DNA of 64,000 nucleotides, taken from positions 704,001 to 768,000 of the forward strand of contig CBDCRW010000006.1 in assembly GCA_965221125.1 (NCBI GenBank), written 5' to 3'. Under the pieces are notes generated by a model. The model did not search any database. It had not been told where the DNA came from and worked only from the letters and a program-made list of their open reading frames with translations. Position numbers and translations under genes: made by a program. Positions 10,005-19,421 of the stretch are shown here, in pieces. The DNA comes from Alphaproteobacteria bacterium (lineage in GTDB: Bacteria > Pseudomonadota > Alphaproteobacteria > UBA828). Every line of letters begins with the position of its first letter. Position 1 is the first letter of the stretch.

Positions 10005-10970
10005 ATGGACGACTGGATCGCGCGCAAGGACCTGATCGAGGCGCCGCGCCTCAAGGCGCTGTCGCGGCGCTCCGACCTCCTGGGCTGGCTCCAGACGCTG
10101 AGCCAGCTCGGCGCGGCGGGGCTCACGGGCTACGCGATCCACGCGCTCTGGGGCAGCTGGTGGGCAGCGCCGGTGTTCGTGGCCCACGGCATCATCCTCT
10201 GGGGCTTCTGCTACGCGGGCCAGCACGAGCTCGGGCATTGGACGGTCTTCCGCAGCCGGGCGCTCAACGACGCCTTCGGCCATATCGCGAGCTTTCCGCG
10301 CTTCTATGCCCACAACTATCAGCGCTTCTTCCATTTTGCTCATCACCGGCACACCAAGGTGGCCGGGCGAGACCCCGAACTGCTGGTGCAGAAGCCGTGG
10401 ACGCTCGTGGGCTATCTCAGCTTCGTGGCCGGCCCGGCACTCTGGATCGCCCAGGTCCGCAATGTCGTGGAGCACGCCGTCGGCCACGCGCCCGAGCCCT
10501 TCCTCCGGGAAAAGGAGCGGCGCATCGTGATCCGCGAGGCGCGGCTCTACCTGCTGGGCTATGCGGCCGTCGTGGCCCTCTCGGTCTATTTCGAAAGCTG
10601 GATTGCGCTCATCTGCATCTGGGGGCCGATGGTGCTGACGACGGCCTTCTACCGCCTCTACGTCGCGGCCGAGCACCACGGGCTCCCCAACGGTCGCGGC
10701 GTGATCGGGAGCACGCGCACGACCCGTGCCGGGCCGCTCCTGCGCTGGCTGATGTGGCAGATGCCCTACCACACCGAGCACCATCTCTTCCCCGGCGTGC
10801 CCTTTCACAAGCTGGGCGCGCTGAACCGGGAGCTGCGCGAGCGCACCGATTCCAAGCTCGCCGGAGTCAACGAGGTGGCACCCGGCTACATCGCCGTGAA
10901 CCTCGCGCTCCTCGCCATGCTGCGCCGTGGCGAAGACCCCACCGACCTCGCCGAGGCGGCGCGGGCGTAG
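10005..10970 (+). CDS. Fatty acid desaturase-family membrane di-iron enzyme
   Basis: Three His boxes: HELGH, HFAHHRH, HTEHH. Confidence 0.9.
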   Translation: MDDWIARKDLIEAPRLKALSRRSDLLGWLQTLSQLGAAGLTGYAIHALWGSWWAAPVFVAHGIILWGFCYAGQHELGHWTVFRSRALNDAFGHIASFPRFYAHNYQRFFHFAHHRHTKVAGRDPELLVQKPWTLVGYLSFVAGPALWIAQVRNVVEHAVGHAPEPFLREKERRIVIREARLYLLGYAAVVALSVYFESWIALICIWGPMVLTTAFYRLYVAAEHHGLPNGRGVIGSTRTTRAGPLLRWLMWQMPYHTEHHLFPGVPFHKLGALNRELRERTDSKLAGVNEVAPGYIAVNLALLAMLRRGEDPTDLAEAARA

Positions 10971-11169
10971 GAACCATAGATGACCTTACTCGTTGCCGCG
11001 CCTGGAAGGACAAGATTCGACGCCGACGGGCATGTGGAATGGCGGTGCCAAATTGTTGTTGCCCAACGCGAGTGCTTCGGAACGCGTGGCCGAACAGCCA
11101 CAGTGAGACTGAGCGCGAAGCCGCCTATGTCCTGGAACCAACGACCATCGTGATCGCGGAGAAGATGCG

Positions 11170-12003
11170 TTGAGTTCCAAGATACGCCTGCATAGGTGCT
11201 GCCCCAGCTGCGACACCAACAATTCAGGCGAGCCTGTACTCTCGTACTCGTGGCGCGATTGGGTGCTGCGCCGCTGCAGAAATTGCCGGTTGGTTTACTT
11301 GGAGAATCCCCCGGATTATTCGGCTCTTGAAACGGATTTTGCATGGGAGAAGAATTTTAGAGAGCGCGAAGTCCGCATGCGCAAGGAGTATCCCGTCGCG
11401 CTGGGCGTGTCGCGCCTTTGGAAGACGATTCGCCGCCACCTCCTGCCCAAGCCGGACAAGCTGACAGCACGCTTGCAAAACCTGGTGCCGCCCGGTCGGG
11501 TAATCGACGTCGGCTGCGGCGATGGCGGCCGGGTATCTGCCCTGCCACGGCAGTATGAGGTCATCGGCATCGAGATTTCGCTGGCGCTCGCGCGAGAGGC
11601 CGGAGCGCGACTCGCCAGCCGCAAGGGTAAGGTCGTCAACATGCCGGCAGTCGAGGGCCTCGCCAGCATCGAGCCGGGGACGGCGTCCGGTATCATCATG
11701 CGTTCGTTTCTCGAACACGAGCACCAGCCTGGGGCGCTCTTGGCTGAGGTGGCGCGCGTCCTGCGGCATGACGGCGTGGCCATCATAAAGGTGCCAAATT
11801 ACGCGAGCGTGAATCGGCGGATCATGGGCTCTCGCTGGTGTGGGTTTCGCTTTCCCGGCCACGTGAACTACTTTACGCCCGCAAGTCTGAAAGCGATGGT
11901 CGAAGCAGGCGGATTGACAACGGTCAGTTTTGGATTGTTCGATCGTTTTCCATTGAGCGACAATATGTGGATGGCGGTGCGTAAGAGCAGGACGGCTGGA
12001 TAG
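11170..12003 (+). CDS. Class I SAM-dependent methyltransferase with N-terminal Cys4 Zn ribbon
   Basis: CPSC...CRNC; VIDVGCGDG; LEH; KVPN; HVNYFTPASL; visibly lower GC than neighbours; TTG start uncertain. Confidence 0.85.
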   Translation: MSSKIRLHRCCPSCDTNNSGEPVLSYSWRDWVLRRCRNCRLVYLENPPDYSALETDFAWEKNFREREVRMRKEYPVALGVSRLWKTIRRHLLPKPDKLTARLQNLVPPGRVIDVGCGDGGRVSALPRQYEVIGIEISLALAREAGARLASRKGKVVNMPAVEGLASIEPGTASGIIMRSFLEHEHQPGALLAEVARVLRHDGVAIIKVPNYASVNRRIMGSRWCGFRFPGHVNYFTPASLKAMVEAGGLTTVSFGLFDRFPLSDNMWMAVRKSRTAG

Positions 12004-12130
12004 TCGTGCGGTCTCCTTTGTTCGCGATTGCTGGTCGACAGAGCCGCGCAAAGCGGACCGGACCGAACGGATGCGAATTGACGACTCGCCGGGCCGCAGA
12101 AGACTGTCTTGGCGGCAGGGAGAGAGGCCG

Positions 12131-13903
12131 ATGGACGGCGTCCAGCTCGCGATCCTGAACAAGCGCTTCGAGGCCATCTGCCGCAAGATGGCCAACACGC
12201 TGTTCCGCACCGGGCGCTCCGGCGTGCTCAACACGGCGCGCGACTTCTCCTGCTGCATCGTCACCGCCGACTGCGACCTGCTGGCGACCGCCGAAAGCCT
12301 GCCGATCCACGTGCTGAGCGGGCCCGACCTGATGGCGGCCTCGATGAAGGCGTTCCACCCCGAGCTCGCGCGAGGCGACGCCTATCTCCACAACTCGCCC
12401 TATCACGGCTGCTCGCACCCGGCCGATCACACGATCCTGGTGCCGGTGATCGACGACGGCGGCCGGCACCGCTTCACCGTCGTCGCCAAGGCGCACCAGG
12501 CCGATTGCGGCAACTCCATCGCCACCACCTATCACGGCTCCGCGCGCGACGTGTACGAGGAGGGCGCGCTGATCTTCCCCGCCGTGCAGGTGCAACGGGG
12601 CTACGAGACCATCGAGGATATCGTCCGCATGTGCCGCATGCGCATCCGCGTGCCGGATCAGTGGTGGGGCGATTTTCTCGCCATGCTGGGCGCGGCGCGG
12701 GTGGGCGAGCGGGAGCTTCTGGCGCTCGCCGGAGAGACGGGCTGGGAGACGCTGGACCGCTTCGCGGCCGAGTGGTTCGACTACAGCGAGCGGCGCATGA
12801 TCGACGCGCTCGAAGGCCTGCCCGCCGGCAGCCTTACGGTCGCCAGCACCCACGACCCGATTCCGGGCGCGCCGGATGGCGTGACGGTGAAGGTCGCCGT
12901 GCGCGTCGACCCGGCAGACGCGCGGATCGAGGTCGACCTGCGGGACAATCCCGATTCCCTTCCCTTCGGCCTCAACATGAGCGAGGCCTGCGCGCGCACG
13001 TCGGCGATGGTCGGCATCTTCAACGCGCTGCCCCACACCGTGCCGCCCAACGCCGGCGCCTTCCGCCGCATCGGCGTGAAGCTCCGGCGGGGCTGCGTCG
13101 TCGGCATCCCGGAGCACCCGACGTCGTGCTCGGTCGCGACCACCAACGTCGCCGACCACATCGCCAACGGCGTGCAGCGCGCGATCGCGGAGCTCGGCGA
13201 CGGCCACGGCATGGCTGAAGTCGGCGGCGTGATCCCGCCGAGCTGCGGCGTGATATCCGGCACAGACCCGCGCAGCGGCGAGCGCTTCGTGAACCAGATA
13301 TTTCTGGGCTTCGGCGCGGGCGCGGCGGCGCCCGAAACCGACGCCTGGATCACCATCGCCCACGTCGGCAACGCCGGCCTCTGCTACCAGGATTCCATCG
13401 AGGTCGACGAGATGGTCTTCCCCATCACCGTGAAGGGGCGGCACTTCATCACCGACAGCGGCGGCGCCGGGCGCCAGCGGGGCGGGGCCGGCGCCTTCGT
13501 CGAGTTCGGGCCGGTCGACGGCTGCGAACTGGAGGTGGGCTACGTCAGCAATGGCGCGGTCAACCCGGCCAACGGCGCGCGCGGCGGCGGCACGGGCGCG
13601 CTCGCCCGCCAGTACCGGCGCAAGCACAATGGGGAGCTGGAAGCGCTTGCCGCCTGCGCCCAGGTGACGGTGGCGCCGGGCGAGACCATGGTCTCCATCT
13701 CCGCAGGCGGGGGCGGCTACGCGGAGCCTCGCGCCCGCGCGCCGGAGCGCGTGGCCCACGACGTGCGCGAGCGCTGGGTCTCGCCGGAGGTTGCCCGCGA
13801 TGTCTTCCGCGTGGCCCTCGACGGGGACGGCAACGTGGACGAGGCCGGGACACACCGGCTGAGGGGCGCTGCCGCTCCCCCGGCACGGGACGCGGCGGAA
13901 TGA
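12131..13903 (+). CDS. Hydantoinase B/oxoprolinase family protein (stand-alone B subunit)
   Basis: ARDFSC, HNSPYHGCSHPAD, AHQADCG, EEGAL, DSGGAGRQRGG, GGGGY. Confidence 0.9.
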   Translation: MDGVQLAILNKRFEAICRKMANTLFRTGRSGVLNTARDFSCCIVTADCDLLATAESLPIHVLSGPDLMAASMKAFHPELARGDAYLHNSPYHGCSHPADHTILVPVIDDGGRHRFTVVAKAHQADCGNSIATTYHGSARDVYEEGALIFPAVQVQRGYETIEDIVRMCRMRIRVPDQWWGDFLAMLGAARVGERELLALAGETGWETLDRFAAEWFDYSERRMIDALEGLPAGSLTVASTHDPIPGAPDGVTVKVAVRVDPADARIEVDLRDNPDSLPFGLNMSEACARTSAMVGIFNALPHTVPPNAGAFRRIGVKLRRGCVVGIPEHPTSCSVATTNVADHIANGVQRAIAELGDGHGMAEVGGVIPPSCGVISGTDPRSGERFVNQIFLGFGAGAAAPETDAWITIAHVGNAGLCYQDSIEVDEMVFPITVKGRHFITDSGGAGRQRGGAGAFVEFGPVDGCELEVGYVSNGAVNPANGARGGGTGALARQYRRKHNGELEALAACAQVTVAPGETMVSISAGGGGYAEPRARAPERVAHDVRERWVSPEVARDVFRVALDGDGNVDEAGTHRLRGAAAPPARDAAE

Positions 13904-13931
13904 GCCGGATTTCAGGAACGGGAGGTCGAGG

Positions 13932-14336
13932 ATGAAGGTGGAGGGCGCCTGCTTCTGCGGGCAGATCACCTACGAGGCGGATCTCGATACCGACCGCATC
14001 GTCATCTGCAACTGCACGGACTGCCAGTCGCTCTCGGGCTCGGCCTTCCGCACGGTCGCGTTCACGAAGGAGGACGCCTTCACCCTGCTCTCGGGCGAGA
14101 TGAAGGTCTACGTGAAGATCGCGGATAGCGGCAACCGGCGCCAGCAGGGCTTTTGCGGGACCTGCGGCTCACCCATCTACGCGACCTCGGACCCGGCGGG
14201 GCCGTTCTATGGCATCCGTGTGGGCACTATCAAGCAGCGCGACGAGCTGGTGCCGAAGGTCCACATCTACAACCGCTCGAAGCAGCACTGGCTTGACCGG
14301 ATCCCCTCGCTCCCCACCATCGAGGAGATGCCTTAG
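13932..14336 (+). CDS. GFA family Zn-binding protein
   Basis: GACFCG, CNCTDCQ, FCGTCGSPI. Confidence 0.9.
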   Translation: MKVEGACFCGQITYEADLDTDRIVICNCTDCQSLSGSAFRTVAFTKEDAFTLLSGEMKVYVKIADSGNRRQQGFCGTCGSPIYATSDPAGPFYGIRVGTIKQRDELVPKVHIYNRSKQHWLDRIPSLPTIEEMP

Positions 14337-14346
14337 CCCGGAGCCC

Positions 14347-15723
14347 TTAGCCGAGGAATCGCTCGTCGACCACCGTGAGCGCGGCGTCGAGCGCGTCCGT
14401 GGCGGTGTCGATCTCGTCGTGTGTGATGGTGAAGGGCGGGCCGAGCTTGATCGTGTTGGGCGAGAAGCCGCCCATGAAGACGCCGCGCTTCGCGTTCTCG
14501 GCCGCGACGATGGCGTTGGGATGCTGGCCGAGATCGCCGGTGAAGGGGGAGTAGCGGTCCTCCGGCACGATGGGCGCGCCGTTCCCGTTCACCAGATCGA
14601 CCGTGTAGAAGAGCCCACGTCCGGACACGCGCCCGACCGACGGGTGCTTCTCCTTCAGCCCGTCGAGCCGGTCCTTCAGGTAGGCGCCGCGCTGGCGCAC
14701 CTGCTGCATGATGTCGTGGGCCAGCAGGTACTCGAGGTTGCCGACGACGGTGGCGCAGACCAGGGGGTGGCCGTCCCACGTGCTGCCGGTCCACCATCTG
14801 GCTTTCTCGAAGTAATCGGCGATCGGCGCGCTCGCGATCACGGCGCCGACCGGCAGCGCCGAGCCGTTGATGCCCTTGCCCGCAGCCATCAGGTCGGGCT
14901 TGACCCCCGGCCAGTGCATGTAGCCGAACCACTCGCCGAGGCGCCCGAAGCCGGTGATCACCTCGTCGGCGATCCAGAGGAAGCCGTACTTGTCGCAGAG
15001 CGCGCGCAGGCCCGGCATGTAGTCCGCATGGGGGAAGGTCCCGCCCGCGCCCAGCATGGGCTCGGCGATGACCGCGGCGACGTTCTCGGCGCCGATGGCG
15101 CGCACGATGTGCTCCGTCGCCTCAAGCGAGGGGAGCCGCCCCTCCCCCGCCCAGTCTTCGTGCTCGGGCGGCGGGATCGGGATGTAGCCGTGCGGCGGGT
15201 AGCCCGGCACGTCGGCCACGTCGCCGAAGCCGGTATCGGTCGAGATGTTGTTGCGGTAGCCCCGCATCATGGTGGAGCCCACGGTCATGCCGTGGAAGGA
15301 GTGGGCCTGGCTCAGGATGACGCTGCGGCCCGTGTAGAGCCGCGCCATCATGATGCAGCTCTCCACCGCCTCGGTGCCCGACGGCAGGATGCGGAGGCGG
15401 CCCGCCCAGCCCTCGTTGCCGAGGATGTCCGCGATCACCAGCTTCGCGGCGCGGGCGCGGTACTCGTTCGCCATCGTGTAGGTGACGTGGCCGTAGCGCT
15501 CCATCGCCTCGGTGAGCGCGCCGTGGATCGCCGGGTGCCGGTGGCCCAGGTTGTCGGAGATCAGCTGGCTCATGAAGTCGAGCAGACGCGTGCCGTCGGC
15601 GAGCACGAGGTAGTTGCCCTCGGTGGCGTCGACGCCGGTGAAGCTGTGCTCGTCCTCCGCCTGCAGCCCGTGCAGGTAGTAGGCGCGGTCCCAGCGTTCC
15701 AGCTCGTCCCAGTCGCGTGTCAT
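14347..15723 (-). CDS. Class III PLP aminotransferase
   Basis: SGTEAVE, SFHG, IADEVITGFGRLG, PDLMAAGKG (PLP lysine). Confidence 0.92.
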   Translation of the reverse strand: MTRDWDELERWDRAYYLHGLQAEDEHSFTGVDATEGNYLVLADGTRLLDFMSQLISDNLGHRHPAIHGALTEAMERYGHVTYTMANEYRARAAKLVIADILGNEGWAGRLRILPSGTEAVESCIMMARLYTGRSVILSQAHSFHGMTVGSTMMRGYRNNISTDTGFGDVADVPGYPPHGYIPIPPPEHEDWAGEGRLPSLEATEHIVRAIGAENVAAVIAEPMLGAGGTFPHADYMPGLRALCDKYGFLWIADEVITGFGRLGEWFGYMHWPGVKPDLMAAGKGINGSALPVGAVIASAPIADYFEKARWWTGSTWDGHPLVCATVVGNLEYLLAHDIMQQVRQRGAYLKDRLDGLKEKHPSVGRVSGRGLFYTVDLVNGNGAPIVPEDRYSPFTGDLGQHPNAIVAAENAKRGVFMGGFSPNTIKLGPPFTITHDEIDTATDALDAALTVVDERFLG

Positions 15724-15916
15724 GGCGCCCTCCCCCGGCCGGTCGCGCAACGGTGCCAGATTACCCGACCGGGCGGGATCGCCCTACACGGCTGCCGGGC
15801 ATTGGCCGGAATTGATCCTGGGATCGGGTTATTCAATATATCATTGGCGCGGGTTCATCGTCGGCCGAGACGCCGGCGCCGCGACAGGTTCCACCGCGTA
15901 CCGTCAGGTGACGTCC

Positions 15917-18109
15917 GTGATTCGAAATCTTGCCGCCGAGCTTCGCGCGGACATCCTGTCGGGGAAGGTCACGCCGGCGCTGTCGGCGGGTTTCACCTCG
16001 GGCCTCGGGCTGCTGGCCGCCCAGGTCGCCTTCGGAACCTTCATCTTCTCCGGCCCGCTGGCTCCCTACACGTCGCAGGGCGTGGGCCTGGTGCTGTTCG
16101 GAAACTTCGCCGCCTGTCTGCTCATCGCGCTTTCGAGCGGCTTTCGCGGCGCGATTTCAGGTCTGTCGCCCGCGCTCGTGATCGGGATGGCCGTCATCGG
16201 CTCCACCATGGCGGCCGAAGGCGAGGCGCTGTTCGTCACCACCGCGGCCGCGCTGATCATCGCCGCAGTCGCCACGGGCGCGTTCTGCCTCATGATCGGC
16301 CAGTTTCGTCTCGCCAACGTGGTGCGCTTCATTCCCTACCCCGTTGCGGGCGGGTTCGTCGCGGGAATCGGCGGCGCCGTCTGCATCGCGGCGCTCTCCA
16401 TGATGGGGGTCGATCCGCACTGGGCGGCGGTTCCGTCGTACTTCGACCCCGACGAGCTGTGGAAGTGGGCGCCGGGCACGGCCTACGGGCTGGCCCTCTA
16501 CCTGTCGATGAGGCGCTGGCGGCATCCGCTGATCCTGCCGGTGAGCGTCGTGGTCTTCGTCGGCGCGAGCCATCTCGCACTCTTCGCCCTCGGCATCAGC
16601 GGCGAGGAGGCGAGAGCTGCGGGGCTGCTGTTCACGAGCACGGTGGAGGACAGCCTGTGGCCGGCCCTATCGCCGGCCGACCTCGCGCACGTGGACTGGT
16701 CGGCGATGGCCGGGCGGGTCCCCGACATGCTGACGCTGATCCTGGTCGCCCTCATCTGCGTCGTCATGAACATCGCGGGCCTGGAGCTTGCGGTGAACAG
16801 CGAGTTCGACTGGGACCGGGAGTTCAGGGCCAAGGGCTTCGCGACCGTGATCTCCGGCCTGGGCGGCGGCACGGTGTCGACCCTGGTTGTGCCCGCCTCG
16901 CTGCGCAGCAAGCTGTTCGGCGCGACGACGCGGCTTACCGGCGTGATCGCCGCCCTCGTCATCGGCATCGCTCTGCTCCTGGGCGACGGGATGCTGGAGC
17001 TGGTGCCGGCGCCGCTCGTCGGCGGCATGCTGGTCTTTGCCGGCGCCGGCATGCTGGACGAAGGGCTGGTGAAGAGCTGGAAGCGCCTGCCCCGGCAGGA
17101 GTACGGCATCATCCTGCTGATCTTCGCGATCATCATAGGGCTCGGGCTGCTCGAGGGCGTAGCCGCCGGCATCGCGGCGACGCTCGTGCTCTTCGTCGTG
17201 CGCCTCGGCCGCGTGGACTCGGTCGAGGCGCGGTTCACCCTGCGCGAGCGCCAGAGCAACAAGGCACGGCCTGTCACCGATCACGCCATCCTGCTGGCGG
17301 AGGGTGACCGGGTGCTGGCCTATCGGCTGCGCGGCTACATCTTCTTCGGCAGCGTCGTCCCGCTGGCCAACCAGCTGCGCCAGACGCTGAGCGGTTCCTC
17401 GCCGCCGGCCTGCCTGATGCTGGACTTCGGCGGTGTCTCCGGCTTCGACTTCTCTGCGGTGAGCGTGCTCGGCCGGTTCCTGCAACGGGCCGACGCTGCC
17501 GGCGTTCGAGTGGTTCTGTGCGGAGTCTCCGAGCCGCTGCGGATGGGACTTGAGCGGACCCTGCCGTCAGCCGCGTTCTCCGAATTGCTGATGGAGCCCA
17601 ACGCGGATCGCGCGCTCGAGCGCTGCGAGGACATCGTCATCGCGGCCTGGAGAGCGGACGTGGACGCGGCGGGAGAGCGGCGCAAGGAAATACTGGAGCA
17701 CGCCGGCGAAGACATCGAGCGCTACCTGGACCGGCAGATCCAATTTGAGGACCTGATTGCGGACTTGCGAGAGTGGCTGCATCCGCGCGACTACGCCGCG
17801 GGCCAGCCCCTCGCCGGGCAGGATGCGCCGGACGAAGGCCTGCAGCTGCTGCTTTCCGGCCGGGCCTCGGCGTTCGACGATGCGGGCGCCAGGCTCTATC
17901 AGCTCGGGCCGGGCGATGCGGTGTGGCCGGCGGACGCGCTCGATTCGAACGCGAGCAGCGTGGTTGCCGACCGGCCCTGCCGGACCCTGGCGCTGGCGCC
18001 CGACACCCGGCGCTGGCTGGAATCGCAGCAAGAACAGCTCGCGTTCCGGCTCTATCGCTACCTGCTCTCCAGGCGCTTCGAGGCCGAGCCCGAAGATCGC
18101 TCCCTGTGA
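15917..18109 (+). CDS. SulP family anion transporter with STAS and degenerate cNMP-binding domains
   Basis: RFIPYPVAGGFVAGIG; STAS LRGYIFFG..LDFGGVSGFDFSA; C-terminal cNMP-like region; start uncertain (GTG 15917 has an AGGTG RBS). Confidence 0.85.
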   Translation: MIRNLAAELRADILSGKVTPALSAGFTSGLGLLAAQVAFGTFIFSGPLAPYTSQGVGLVLFGNFAACLLIALSSGFRGAISGLSPALVIGMAVIGSTMAAEGEALFVTTAAALIIAAVATGAFCLMIGQFRLANVVRFIPYPVAGGFVAGIGGAVCIAALSMMGVDPHWAAVPSYFDPDELWKWAPGTAYGLALYLSMRRWRHPLILPVSVVVFVGASHLALFALGISGEEARAAGLLFTSTVEDSLWPALSPADLAHVDWSAMAGRVPDMLTLILVALICVVMNIAGLELAVNSEFDWDREFRAKGFATVISGLGGGTVSTLVVPASLRSKLFGATTRLTGVIAALVIGIALLLGDGMLELVPAPLVGGMLVFAGAGMLDEGLVKSWKRLPRQEYGIILLIFAIIIGLGLLEGVAAGIAATLVLFVVRLGRVDSVEARFTLRERQSNKARPVTDHAILLAEGDRVLAYRLRGYIFFGSVVPLANQLRQTLSGSSPPACLMLDFGGVSGFDFSAVSVLGRFLQRADAAGVRVVLCGVSEPLRMGLERTLPSAAFSELLMEPNADRALERCEDIVIAAWRADVDAAGERRKEILEHAGEDIERYLDRQIQFEDLIADLREWLHPRDYAAGQPLAGQDAPDEGLQLLLSGRASAFDDAGARLYQLGPGDAVWPADALDSNASSVVADRPCRTLALAPDTRRWLESQQEQLAFRLYRYLLSRRFEAEPEDRSL

Positions 18110-18126
18110 CCACCGGCCGGCACCAG

Positions 18127-18143
18127 GCTTTCAACTGCACGTC
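18127..18143. repeat. Putative attL (GC core + half-site GCTTTCAACTGCACGTC)
   Basis: Matches the reverse complement of the right end (GCTTCATACTACACCTC) at 12/17 positions. Confidence 0.65.
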
Positions 18144-18169
18144 GTTCATGCGTTGAGCAGCAACGCTTT

Positions 18170-18478
18170 GTGGTGACGCACCCGTTTCATCCTCTTCTCG
18201 GACGTGAGTTCGAACTGATCGAGACCACGTCGATGCTTGGGGTGGGGCTGGTCCATTACACGGCTGACGACGGGACGCTGCGCACGATTCGTCAGGCTTT
18301 TACCAGCGTTGCAGCGGTGGATCCGTTTGCGCGGGTAGCGGCGGGCCGGTCGGCGTTCCGTGTCTCGGATCTGCTGACGTTGTCGGCGTTGCTGGATGGC
18401 TTGGGCGGCGGCGAGAGGGTTGGAAAGGAGGCGGCCGGCGGCGCGAGCGGTGTCAAGGAGATTTTGCCGCATGTGTAA
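18170..18478 (+). CDS. DUF5372 (Y4bD/Y4pK-like) protein; lacks a good start when integrated
   Basis: VTHPFHPLLGREFEL...DPF...AGRSAFRVSDLL.L; frame open back to the sulP stop at 18107-18109 with no ATG or RBS. Confidence 0.75.
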   Translation: MVTHPFHPLLGREFELIETTSMLGVGLVHYTADDGTLRTIRQAFTSVAAVDPFARVAAGRSAFRVSDLLTLSALLDGLGGGERVGKEAAGGASGVKEILPHV

Positions 18479-18660
18479 GAGCGTTTTTGTCCATACCTGG
18501 CGGTCGGAGGTTGTCGTATGGACTGGAAGGGCGGTCATGATCGACCAATATACACGGTATTTCGGCCTGTTTTCGTCGATATGGGGCAAGAAAGGGTTTG
18601 ATGCGATGCCAGGGGTGTGCATAAATATACTTACATTCCTCCGCCGCCGGAGCCCACGCA

Positions 18661-19122
18661 ATGGCCAGACGCCCCGCCGACGCCAAGACCCGCTCCCTCA
18701 AGGAGCACGGCTGCCTCAACCCGAACGCGGAGACGGTGCGCGACGAGCTGTTCCTGTCCAACGCGTTCTTCGACCCGCGCGACCTGGTCCAGGTCAGGTA
18801 CGAGATGCTGCGCCGTGTGCGCGAGGACGGCGTGCCGGTGAGCCACGCCGCGGCCAGCTTCGGCGTCTCGCGGCCCACCTGGTACCAGGCGCAGCGCGCC
18901 TACGATGCGGGCGGGCTGCCGGGCCTGCTGCCGGAGAAGCCGGGACCCCGCCGACGCCACAAGCTCAGCGACGAGGTGGTCGAGGCGCTGCTCGCGGCGA
19001 AGAGCGAACAGCCGGAGTTGACCGCCGCCGCGCTGGTCGATCTGGTGCGCGCGCGCTTTGGCATCACCATCCATCGCCGCAGCATCGGCCGCATGCTCGC
19101 GCAGGTAAAAAAAAGCCGATGA
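18661..19122 (+). CDS. Helix-turn-helix DNA-binding protein
   Basis: FFDPRDLVQVRYEMLR; HTH AAASFGVSRPTWYQ..GGLPGLLP; second HTH RFGITIHRRSIGR; GGAG RBS. Confidence 0.85.
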   Translation: MARRPADAKTRSLKEHGCLNPNAETVRDELFLSNAFFDPRDLVQVRYEMLRRVREDGVPVSHAAASFGVSRPTWYQAQRAYDAGGLPGLLPEKPGPRRRHKLSDEVVEALLAAKSEQPELTAAALVDLVRARFGITIHRRSIGRMLAQVKKSR

Positions 19123-19421
19123 AGTGCCGGCCGCCGCTCGCCGGGCTGCTCCCGCTGGAACATTCCGCCTATGGGGACGGCTACGAGCGGCTGCGCCGTC
19201 ATGCGGTCGAGCCCGGCACAGAGCACAACCGTCACGGGCTTGCCGTGGTGGCGTTGCGCGGCGTCGCGGCCTGGCTGCACGCCGTGGCCGAGTTGCCCGC
19301 CCCGCCGGCCGCCGTTTGCGCCGGCGCCTCGACCGAGCCGCTGCCCGGCGGGGTCGAGAAGTCGCTGATCGACATTCTTCTCGCGATGCTCAAGGGCCAT
19401 ATGGAAGGAGAGTTGGCATGA
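19119..19421 (+). CDS. Small hypothetical protein of the recombinase element (100 aa)
   Basis: YERLR...GLAVVALRGVAAWL; ATGA overlaps with both the HTH stop and the recombinase start. Confidence 0.7.
   Translation: MKCRPPLAGLLPLEHSAYGDGYERLRRHAVEPGTEHNRHGLAVVALRGVAAWLHAVAELPAPPAAVCAGASTEPLPGGVEKSLIDILLAMLKGHMEGELA

Noticed and set aside
11138-11165. PTTIVIAEK resembling a GMC oxidoreductase C-terminus
   Set aside because: Too short, and explainable as the RBS region of the methyltransferase.
14209-17307. Very long alternative ORFs (1032, 1040, 1284 and 1311 aa, and others)
   Set aside because: Antisense or off-frame shadows of real genes in high-GC DNA; Arg/Ala/Pro-rich with no motifs.
19124-19417. 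789-aa version of the recombinase starting at 19124
   Set aside because: The extension is low-complexity and overlaps the 100-aa ORF; ATG 19418 has a good SD and the expected family N-terminus.
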